Shown here: in pieces, positions 1 to 9,369 of the stretch
How the letters are laid out: each line of letters begins with the position of its first letter
Position numbering within the stretch: position 1 is the stretch's first letter
From: Sarea resinae
Taxonomy: Eukaryota
Direction: 5' to 3'
NCBI GenBank assembly: GCA_026026165.1
Contig: JAPEUD010000076.1
Location: 62,001-111,745, forward strand
Length of the DNA: 49,745 nucleotides
Translations under genes and position numbers: made by a program
Notes under the pieces: generated by a model
Database searches by the model: none
What the model was told of the DNA's origin: nothing
Seen by the model: only the letters and a program-made list of their open reading frames with translations

Positions 1-907
1 CTCATGCCCGGCCCAGGCGGGTGCGGAAACCCTTGGCCCGGTGGCGGGAATTGGAAGTTGGGTGGGAGGCCTCCTGGCGGGGGGAACGGCATGCCGCCGG
101 GAAGACTACCAGGGGGTGGTGGTCCGACGCTACCTGCGCCGCCGGGAGGTGGGAACGGGAAAGGCGACGGAGGCATGCCGGGGTGGAGTGGGGCGCCGAC
201 GCCTCCAGGAGCTGTGTTGTGACCGAGTCAGCAAATTGGCTTGTACGATTGGGCGGGCGGGCTGGAATGATAGGAACTTACGTGGCGGCAGCCCTGCACC
301 GCCGGGCAAGAATGGTGGTGGGATGGCACCGCCGGGACCTAATGAGAGTTCTGGTCAGTATGTGGCCGAGTAATGCTTTCTATATCGCGATCGTGGATCT
401 GGCCATACCTCCAAAGGCAAACGGCGGCGGTGGGAAAGGCTGTCCTGGACCCGCGGGGTGTGCAAGCATAGGATTTGCGCCGGCTTGGCCTTCGGCGGCG
501 TAAGAGGAAGTTATGGAGTCGATGACAGACTGTGCTTTCTCGTGGCCAATCTCTGTAGAACGACGTCAGCTTGTGTCAGCTTAAAGAATATTCGTATATG
601 AACACTCGTTCGAGGTTTGGTGATGTATCCGAGGACGTCGAGTGTGATGCCACATACGTTGGTAGTAGTCGACGACATTTCTTAGATGGTTTCGACCGCT
701 ATTATGGGCCTTGCGCACACTCATCGAGTCGTGAGTGAGATAGACATCGCAATAGTCGCCTTGAAAGTCAGCATTATTGCCCTGGACGAGTTCTCGCCGC
801 CGATGATAGAAGAGCTCGAAGAGAGCGGAGTGACCTACAGAAGAGTGCACGGAGAGTCAGTATTGCTGGACTGCGATAGCGGGGACAGGGGACTTATATT
901 TTGGCAT
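1..907 (-). CDS. YHC1: U1 small nuclear ribonucleoprotein C (U1-C / Yhc1 / SNRPC orthologue), 3' end beyond window
   Basis: Exons 907-898, 844-839, 759-658, 552-409, 338-282, 211-<1 give [62 protein letters not shown]..., the U1-type zinc finger followed by a Pro/Gly-rich tail. Introns 2-5 are GT-AG with CTGAC branch points; intron 1 is AT-AC. Confidence 0.95.
845..897 (-). other. Non-canonical AT-AC spliceosomal intron (intron 1 of U1-C), 53 nt
   Basis: Minus strand reads ATGCCAAAAT|ATAAGTcccctg...caataCTGACtctccgtgCAC|TCTTCT|GTAGGT. Removing it restores M-P-K-F-F-C exactly. Confidence 0.85.
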
Positions 908-1527
908 CTTCGCAACCGGATTCAAGCTTTGCTTTCAATGCTTCTAATGGGGGAGATCGTTTGAAGCTGTTTGCGCAAGGCGACGGAAAGCATTTGGAAG
1001 CTTCGATATCGTCTCGGCTACGGTTCCCGCTGCACACCTATTACGCAGCCCTCCCGCAATCGTAAGAGGCAAGTACGATGCTGATTTCTCTACACCTGGA
1101 GGGCCGTCAAGACTGATAATGAGCAGTAGGCAGGCTTCAATTAACATATAGCTATAGCGATTCCATCTAGCAAGCCTCGTTCATGCAACCTTTCGACTCG
1201 TAGAGCCTACCATAAACAGGGAGACACCTGGCAAGGAATGGCGAACCATCTACTGACTGTACAAGAGACTACGAGCAAGGATCGAATGCTGCCATGAGAA
1301 ATGAATTTTCATTCCAGCATATGGCTGGCAATCTGCAGAGGATAAAGCTCGAACGCTTCAAGAGTGAAGGAGAGGATTATTTTCGAAAAGGATAGCCAAC
1401 GACTCGCTAGCGTGTAAAACATCTGCTGGTAGTAGAGAGTCAAGCCATCCAATCGCCGCTGACGGGAGAAAAAACAGAGCTGAGGCATAAAGGTAGTACG
1501 CGCGCCCACAATCAAAAGGAAAATCTG

Positions 1528-2202
1528 CTATTGATCCTCCGGCTCGGGATCCCCTGAAAATAGACCGATACGCATGCGATGCGTCTAAAGTCGGAATCAG
1601 TCTAATTGTATCTTGGGTGATGCTCTCGGAGAACTTACTGCAGGTAATTTGGGTATAACGACAGCTAATACGGCCAGAAAGTTGATGGTAAAGTACGTCA
1701 AGTCATAGTGTGTGTAATGTGTGCTCAACAGGAACAGCACAATGGGCACGCTCAACAAAAACTTCTTGGCTGGGGTATACTGATCTCCGTTGTCGATCTG
1801 CTCCCACATGTTGAGGTTGTCGTACGCACCCGCGTTGAATTCGAACGGAACTCCTCGGACCCAGTGAAACATGATGTACGAGCCGAGCATGTAAGAGATA
1901 TTGGTCAGCGTCCACGACGTTTCTTGGGAGACACCAGGAATTATGTCGTAAAACACTTTGAGGCAAATGATCAGAACAAAGTGGATTGTCCAGGCACCTA
2001 CGAAGGAAGATCAGCAAAAGTTCCAGTATGACTGCTCATCACCTTAACCAACACCACACCATCACCCACCTTTAGCATTGACCCAGTTCGCATTGAGGTT
2101 TGGCAGCGCCGATTGATCGCTGATGTGTTCTATTGATTCCGGGGGCTCTGTGTAGAGAAGGCTGCTGGAGCGCCTCCTCCGTCCAGTCTTGTCTTCACTC
2201 AT
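1528..2202 (-). CDS. ORM1: ORM1/ORMDL family ER membrane regulator of serine palmitoyltransferase
   Basis: Three exons (~2202-2070, ~1997-1639, ~1584-1528): MSEDKTGRRRRSSSLLY...PNLNANWVNAK|GAWTIHFVLI...MFHWVRGVPFEFNAGAYDNLNMWEQID...YTPAKKFLLSVPIVLFLLSTHYTHYD...IPKLPA|THRMRIGLF. These are typical ORMDL motifs, with the N-terminal RRRRSSS phospho-motif. Confidence 0.95.
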
Positions 2203-4336
2203 CCCAGCTTTGCTGTTCGGTCGAGGCTGGGGTGGATGATCGGGATTGGGTCCGTAGGAGACGGTACGGGGAAGAAGAAGAGAAGACAGATTGGCGGTAT
2301 TGAGCGAACGATTAAAGACAGACTTTGAGCTGTCCGAAGCTCCGAAGGCGAGAAGATGTAGGATGTCAAGGAGCTCCTGTAATCAGGAGTGCACTTGCTC
2401 GAAGGTTGAATTGTGAACTGCGCAGACCAAACGAACCTGTCAGAATCAACGTCCTATGGCGATACGGACTCCCGGGACAGGTGGCCGCACGGTCGTCGAG
2501 ATTCGTCCAAACAAAAGACCATGGGATGGGACAAGCTTACTCAAGCGATGGCCGATAGGTATAGAACGAAGACCGGCGAGGACGTCGGAGCTGGAATGCG
2601 GGTCTGCGAGGGCGATGGGGAGTCGAGGTAGGCTTCTCGAAGGCCTACAGAGATGACGAATGCCGATGAGCAATCAAGACGCGTCGTGTTGTCGGGGAAG
2701 CCGAGCGGATCGAGGGGGCCAAGATGTGAGATGAGGCTGTTGATGGAAGAGTCTGACGGTAAGTTGATAGCGTGTCAAAAGAGCGTTTGATGACAGGCGT
2801 CGAATGCTGCCTGGCGAATAGGCGAAGATGATCTGAAGAGATACTGCGTTGTCGTCGACGAGGCCACGTCGAAGATGAAGTCAAAGAAGGGATGTTGTGA
2901 TGTATGTGTTAGTAAGAGCCGATCGAGTGAGTACCAAGAGAGCAGAGTCGTGAGTCGTGAGGTAGGACGGGTCTTGGTTGTGATGGATGCCCAGATGAGA
3001 GCAGACGAGGAAGGTACCTGGTCGCTCCGTAGCCAGTACGACGCCGACAGGTATCGGACGGGCCAAGGGGCGGTCAGGAGAGACCAGGTCCGAGGTAGCG
3101 AGCGAAGTACCGCCTGGACCATGCTCGTACTCACAGTAGGTAGGCACGGAAGGTGCTACCTCCGCCACTACGAATCTATTTCTGCTCGCCTTGTTCGTAC
3201 GGAGTACATTTGCTTCCAGTGCCTCGACCATGATGGACCCATGGTCAATGGACCCTGGAAGGATTACTTGCTGTATATCACGGCACGGACTTCCGGACGA
3301 GGTCGGTCTGACTTGGGCATTTACCGCCATGGATGCATGGCATTCTAGAAGTCGGCTGCACTCAATGCAATGCATGATTGCAGCCCGCCCGGCCCTGAAG
3401 CCAAGGGGCAAGGGCAAGGGAAGATTTCACCAACAGGAGTCAAATGTCGCTTCCCTACGAAGTACTCCGTGCCACTAAAGTATGAGGTAGGAAATAGGAA
3501 ATAGTATCCATCCATTCATCTAGGACGCAGTACCTTAGGGTTAGTGATCGGATCATATCACTCATCATTGCTCTCCTGTCCCTTTTTTCTCGGACATGGT
3601 CTCGGGCTCTAGTGAGTCACCAGGGGGATATCTGCTTGCTTCCAGGGCACGCCGGTTCTGGTTCCATGCTCTCTCCGATCCACCTCGACCGCCTGCGGTG
3701 AAGGAGGCGCAGCAGAGCAGATCCATCCCATTGTTGGGAGACATGATCCCAGTGGGAACCCTGTCACGCATCAGATCCATCGTAGCTAGACTGGTCCTCT
3801 ACTGGAGATAGGCCTTGAAGCTGTTCTTGGCGGTATTGGGGTAATGACTATGAGAAGAAGATGTCCTGGCCATTCTTATGGAATCTGGAAAAAGGCCAAA
3901 AGAAACATGAATCAATTCGAAAATCGTCTCAGGGGCGCCATGATTATGATTTCATTGAAAACAGACAACAGCGTGGGCGATTCCAATGCATCCCAGCTGC
4001 GCAGATCTAGTTCGAGAGTACCTCTGTAATCGAAAAGAATCGCCTCTCATTGGCCGCGTAGACGTGAACTCGGTGTCTGCCGAGACGGGCAAGAATTTAT
4101 TTGCCCTGACGCCCTGACGCCCTGACGCCATCTCCTACCGACGCGCGACTGGCACTCATCACTTGCATGCATTGGCCATCGCGACGTTTGACACCTCTAA
4201 CAAATACGTGACTGGGGATGAATTGAGCCCTCCGCTCCCATCAGATGGAAGTGTCAGACTGATCCGTGATTTGCTATTGCGTCAAGTCCCAAGTGACCGT
4301 TTTCTTGCGTCAACGAGAGCCCACTAAACAGCAGAG

Positions 4337-7282
4337 ATGGAAGACTCCCGGACCGCTACCGTTGGCCAGAAGCGCCCTTTCGATGAGTCTTCACTCAATG
4401 GGGAGAGTTCGTCCAAGCCTAGTCCTTCAGCACGCAAGCGCGCAAGCAAACGCCGAAGGAGGGTGGCCGGCAAAGAAGCGGTTCGGGATTTTGTACCGCC
4501 CGGGGGCTCTTTTGTCGCGGCAGGCGATGTTCTGACCGCAAGTGCGGAGAGTGGGAATGACCACGATGACAGCGAGGACGAAGGAGAGATTAGAGAGGAT
4601 GGCCGATCAACAGACCAAGCGTCGGGTACCGCCAAAGGATATGACGGAGGCGTTTTACTGTCTTCCCAGACGCAGAACGCACCTCCTAGCCAATCTCCAA
4701 ATGCTCTTCCGAACCAGTCGCCCAACGTCTCTGGTATCCCCCCGTCCGTGAATTGGAATGCCGGAACAAGGGCGAAGATAAGGACCACACTTGGCGGAGG
4801 CAAGGCAGTTGCGAAATCCGCACAGGCCTTGTCGCAGCAGGCTGAAGTAAAACCTACAGAAGAGACGGAAGCGAAAACGTCTTCTGTGCCAGGCATATCA
4901 GCAGAAGAAATAAGAACATCGTCAGCATCGCCAACATCGCCAACATCGCCAATATCGTCGCAGGTGATTCCCTCACCGGACAACCAAAGCAATGAACTCG
5001 CATCAAAGCCCTTGCACAATATCGAAGCTCTTTTCTCGAAAGGTGTAGAAGTTAGGAAACTGAAAAAGACTATTACACGCGCTTTGAAACAAAGACAATG
5101 TATTCGCCTATCACCTCTTCCGGGTGCTTTGAGGAGAGCCGATAAACGCGCGCACTGGAACTCGGCACCGGAGCTGAGACGATGCTTCTATGAGCTTGTT
5201 GCTCGTTCTGGCAAGGCTGGCCTCGCTGGCGTCTATCACGGGCCGACATATCTGATCGCACGTTACAACACGCCAGAGGAAGCCGAAGCTGCTCTTGTGT
5301 CACTCGCTGAAGCCGAACTCGTCTTTCAAGACGAACGGATTGGTAAAGACGTCCACTGGCTGGATAAGAAGACGTCAAAAGCCGCTGATGGTGAAGCTCG
5401 GGATGAACCAGACGGAGATGGGCTGGATGCGGCATCCTTTGACGAATCGATAAACGGCCTGAAAAGCGATCCGAATGGCAGCAATGACGACGACAAGGAT
5501 CTGCTTTTGAATCTTGATCGTCCTGCTGATGCTTTGGTCGGTGTTGCTCAGAACGGTAACGGATCGGTGAATGGTGCCGCCTCTATCTCTTCTCGATCTA
5601 CCGAGCAGCCCAGGACCACGCGCAGTGACAACAAAGACGCTCGCCAAAGCGAGGATGAGGAAGACGACGCGATGTTGACCATGTACTCACAGTCCAACCC
5701 AGCAGCCAATATGGAGCATGAGCCCCCGCATCCGCCAGAGCCTCTCGAATACGAGCCTAAGGAGGAACACGCTCGTCTGCCAGATGATGCACCGTGTGTC
5801 TCTGATCCCAAAATTTCTTCATCATCATCAGCCACTGCAGCTGGCCCTCAAACATCCTCTTCATCCACAGCCCTCCCACCATTATCGCCAACAACGAAAA
5901 TCGCCACAAGGCTAGTAGATCTTCCTCCGACAGCCCTAGCTCTCCAATCCCGTTACCTCGCCCCCACCGCTCCGTCCGAGTTTCAAACCCTTACAAGCGC
6001 CGACCGCCCACCGGGCATCGCGGACCTCTCGACGTCTTCCCAGGTGCACCACGCAGATGAACTAGCAACCTGCCTTATCTGCCTCACCAAGGGCCACACG
6101 GCTGCCTACTGTCCCTCGCTAGTATGTAGCCGCTGCGGAGCCTACGACACGCACCACCAGTCGGCCTGCCCCTTACAGAAAAGATGCCCCCGCTGCCGCC
6201 AACAAGGCCACGGCCTCCCAAACTGTCCATCCAAACTCGCGCTCAGTGCCAAAGCAGGCGATCTAGTCCGGTGCGACCTCTGCGGTAAAGACGGCCATGT
6301 CGAGGACGTTTGCAGTCTCATCTGGCGCACGTATCCGACGACGCAGGAACAAGCGCCCCGGAAGATGGCCTCCAGGGACATGGTCGTGGCTTGCTATGCG
6401 TGTGGCTCGGCGGGGCATTTCGGTGTCGATTGTAGGATGCGGAGCCGGACCAAGGTCCTCGCGTCCGGCGGTCTCACCTTTAGTCTCAGTAATATGCGGA
6501 GGTATTTACGTGACGACGATGAGTTAGTGGGTAGGGCTGGGAGCGGCGGCGGCGGCGGCGGCGGCGGCATGGCTATCAAGGGCCGTGCCAACATGTCCTC
6601 TACCAGCGGCTTGAACCAACCTCCTCGTCAACCATATCAGCAGCAGCCAGGCCAGCTGTCGCAGCGCATCTCCTCGGGACCTAGATCCTCGCACCGCTCT
6701 ACCCGTCACGACGACTACAATGACGCCGAAGACGACAACGACGATGACGATGATGATTCGCCTGCGCACTTCTTCGGCAACAAGATCAACCCCGGGCGCG
6801 CCTCTCTCATCAATCCCGCTTCTTCCACCACCTCTACTCCGTCCGTCTCTAACTCAGCAGCGCAGGGAAAGGGGAAAGGCCATATCAAATTCAACACCGC
6901 GTCTCTCGGTCGCAGCGGGCCCCTTCGAGCGGCTTCCGAGGACTACTCTCCTCCACCACCACTGCAGCCGCCTTTGCCCAATGAGCCCGTGCCGCCTACC
7001 TCTCTCGCGCGAGGGGGTCGTGGTGGGGGCGGACGAGGCGGGCGTGGTGCCAGGGGTGGACGAGGCGGCGATCGAGGCCGTGGTGGTGGTGGTGGTGGTG
7101 GTGGTGATAGATCTCGTACCAGAGGCGGAGGCGGGCGAATCGAAAAGCCAAGTCGTGGCGGCGGTGCCAGAGGCGCAAGAGGAAGCGGAAGCGGAAGCGG
7201 GAGAGGAGGCGGAGGACAAGGGGGGAAATACACACCCATGCCTTCTTCGGCGCAGAACGCTTGGGCTCGCCATCGTGTTTGA
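4337..7282 (+). CDS. Air1/Air2 (ZCCHC7)-like zinc-knuckle RNA-binding protein, TRAMP complex subunit, with C-terminal RGG region
   Basis: 981-aa single ORF. Five CCHC knuckles at ~6071-6433 (CLICLTKGHTAAYC, CSRCGAYDTHHQSAC, CPRCRQQGHGLPNC, CDLCGKDGHVEDVC, CYACGSAGHFGVDC), the IWRTY linker motif after knuckle 4 characteristic of Air proteins, and RGG repeats near the C-terminus. Confidence 0.8.
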   Translation: MEDSRTATVGQKRPFDESSLNGESSSKPSPSARKRASKRRRRVAGKEAVRDFVPPGGSFVAAGDVLTASAESGNDHDDSEDEGEIREDGRSTDQASGTAKGYDGGVLLSSQTQNAPPSQSPNALPNQSPNVSGIPPSVNWNAGTRAKIRTTLGGGKAVAKSAQALSQQAEVKPTEETEAKTSSVPGISAEEIRTSSASPTSPTSPISSQVIPSPDNQSNELASKPLHNIEALFSKGVEVRKLKKTITRALKQRQCIRLSPLPGALRRADKRAHWNSAPELRRCFYELVARSGKAGLAGVYHGPTYLIARYNTPEEAEAALVSLAEAELVFQDERIGKDVHWLDKKTSKAADGEARDEPDGDGLDAASFDESINGLKSDPNGSNDDDKDLLLNLDRPADALVGVAQNGNGSVNGAASISSRSTEQPRTTRSDNKDARQSEDEEDDAMLTMYSQSNPAANMEHEPPHPPEPLEYEPKEEHARLPDDAPCVSDPKISSSSSATAAGPQTSSSSTALPPLSPTTKIATRLVDLPPTALALQSRYLAPTAPSEFQTLTSADRPPGIADLSTSSQVHHADELATCLICLTKGHTAAYCPSLVCSRCGAYDTHHQSACPLQKRCPRCRQQGHGLPNCPSKLALSAKAGDLVRCDLCGKDGHVEDVCSLIWRTYPTTQEQAPRKMASRDMVVACYACGSAGHFGVDCRMRSRTKVLASGGLTFSLSNMRRYLRDDDELVGRAGSGGGGGGGGMAIKGRANMSSTSGLNQPPRQPYQQQPGQLSQRISSGPRSSHRSTRHDDYNDAEDDNDDDDDDSPAHFFGNKINPGRASLINPASSTTSTPSVSNSAAQGKGKGHIKFNTASLGRSGPLRAASEDYSPPPPLQPPLPNEPVPPTSLARGGRGGGGRGGRGARGGRGGDRGRGGGGGGGGDRSRTRGGGGRIEKPSRGGGARGARGSGSGSGRGGGGQGGKYTPMPSSAQNAWARHRV

Positions 7283-7739
7283 GAGTCGAGTTTTCCTCTT
7301 GGCTTGGGCTTGGGCTTGGGCTTGGTTTGGCCGCGCTTGGGCTCATCTCGTCGTGGGCTGGGGCTTGGGTAGGTTGGCTAGGGCTTTTTCGTTGCCTTTG
7401 AATGCATGTTTGTATGTTATGGACCGTGTGTAAGGTATAGTTAGGATAGATACCACGAAGAGTATTCTTTCGATATCGATGTCAATGTCGATGTCGATGT
7501 TCATAGACGGGTATCCATACATCCATACATACCACTGCTATGAATGCATACATACATACAAGATACTTTACATACATCCCCCTATACACACAGCTATACA
7601 CACAATACAGTGGCCATGCATACACACACACATGCAAACCTAGCCATGCCACCCCACCTCCCCACCGCCCCCCCCCCGGGGCCGGCACAACCACACTACC
7701 ACTGGCAGATAATCCAACCTACCAACCCTACCTACCTAC

Positions 7740-8114
7740 CTAGCTAGCTAGGTATCTAACCTACCTCTTATCTTAAATCCTAAATCTAAAGCCAAAAGTG
7801 CATACCTTACCTAGTAATTCACCGATTGAACCTTGTGAACTTGCATGCTCAAAGGTCAAAATTACAACTTATAAACTTAGGTAGGTAGGTGGGTAAGCTT
7901 TCTAGTCTAGTCTAGTCTAGTATAAGGTAGTGACTGACTAACTACTAAGGCTACTAAGGTAAGGTAAGGTAAGGTACTAAGGCTATTATTTCTAGGGGTA
8001 GAACTATAGAAAAGTAAACAAGCGTAGATAAAGGAAGGTGTAGATAAAAGAGGGGATAGAGGAGAAGGAAGGAGAGAGAAGGAGAGAAATAAGGAGAGTA
8101 GGTAGAGAGATAAA

Positions 8115-8148
<34 letters not shown>

Positions 8149-8460
8149 AGGAAAGAGAAGAGAGAAGGAGAGAGAGGAAGCTTTGTTTTCTACTGATTAT
8201 TAGCTAAATAGATAATCTAATTGATTAAGTAGAAGGGAAAGGATTTTATTAAAAGTATTTGATAAGATTAAGAATAGCATTTTTATAAAGACACCTGTCT
8301 TTCTTCTCTATTCTATTCTACTCTACTCTACTCTACTCTACTCTAATCTACTCTATCCTACTCTATTCTATCTCTCTTCTATCTCTCTTATATCAACTCT
8401 ACTACATAACCCTAGCATATCCCACTCTATCCCCCTATCCCACCTATACCTGCATAATAC
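7740..8460. repeat. AT-rich simple-repeat mosaic: (CTAC)n, (CTAGT)n, (TAAGG)n, (GA)n-rich purine tract, (CTCTA)n
   Basis: Short tandem repeats directly visible; purine tract ~8040-8180 and (CTCTA)n ~8310-8370; no ORFs. Lies between two convergent genes. Confidence 0.85.
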
Positions 8461-9369
8461 CTTAAACTACTCGCTGCACTATTTATCACTGTACTCCTCA
8501 CTACAACCATTGCTGCACTCTTTGCACCTAATACACTACTCACCGTGCTTTCTCTACCGCACTGCACCCACTCCCTTATGCTTTCGATTCCGCACTCACT
8601 TACTCACTGTGCTTTTGTATACCGCATCGCACCACCAAAGACAAAATACCAAACCGATTATAAATCCCCGTTCATTCGACACTCGACACTCGCTATGCGC
8701 TATTCGCTATTCGCTATTCGCTGAATCCTGCTACAGAGTAGACAAAAAGTAAACCACGCTGCTGCCTCGTTGATCCGCTGATTCGCTGATTCGCTGACCC
8801 GCTGACTCGCTCTCGCCCGGAGAGAGAGAGAGGGAGAGAGGGAAAGACAGGCCGAGAAAGGCTGGAGCGGAAAGATCATGGCCAAGAAAGATGAGACGAG
8901 AAAAAGGGGACAGAGAAGAGAGAGAAAGTCATCATCAACATTTTCGTTCGTAGTAAGTTCAGGTAGGCTTACTTGGTGCAGTAGGCGCGGGGGGCGGAGT
9001 ACAGGAGGTGGGACAGGAGGGTAGATGTGGCGAGCGCGAGGGAGAAAGACGAGGTGAGGTGTGGTCAAGTACGGTAGAGAAGACAAGGTAAAGTAGACGG
9101 GAGGAGAGAGACGAGGGATAGAAGAGTGAGAACAGGATGGAGGACAGACAAGACGGATGATGTCTTATCGCAGGAATATCGTACGCCCGGCCCTGGCGCG
9201 AGGAAAAGCGGAGACGGGAGGGATTCTTGACAAGGAAGAGATAGATCGCCAGATAAACACAAGCAGCCAACCCCACCCAACCCAATCCAATCCGCTAATC
9301 AGAAAAAAAAATCGACCAACAAATACAACCGAAGAGACCCTTGTAAAAATCTGCGTCAAGCACGACTCC

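Noticed and set aside
4..503. Plus-strand Gly/Pro-rich ORFs
   Set aside because: They are antisense shadows of the Pro-rich exons and introns of U1-C on the minus strand.
581..850. 89-aa ORF as the U1-C N-terminus
   Set aside because: It reads through introns 2 and 3 and starts at a non-ATG codon; the spliced model from ATG 907 gives the conserved N-terminus.
845..897. U12-type (minor spliceosome) intron interpretation
   Set aside because: The donor is ATAAGT, not ATATCCTT, the branch point is U2-like TACTGAC rather than TCCTTAAC, and ascomycetes lack U11/U12.
2325..4029. Numerous overlapping 60-180 aa ORFs between ORM1 and the Air-like gene
   Set aside because: No recognisable motifs or consistent coding frame; this is a divergent promoter/UTR region.
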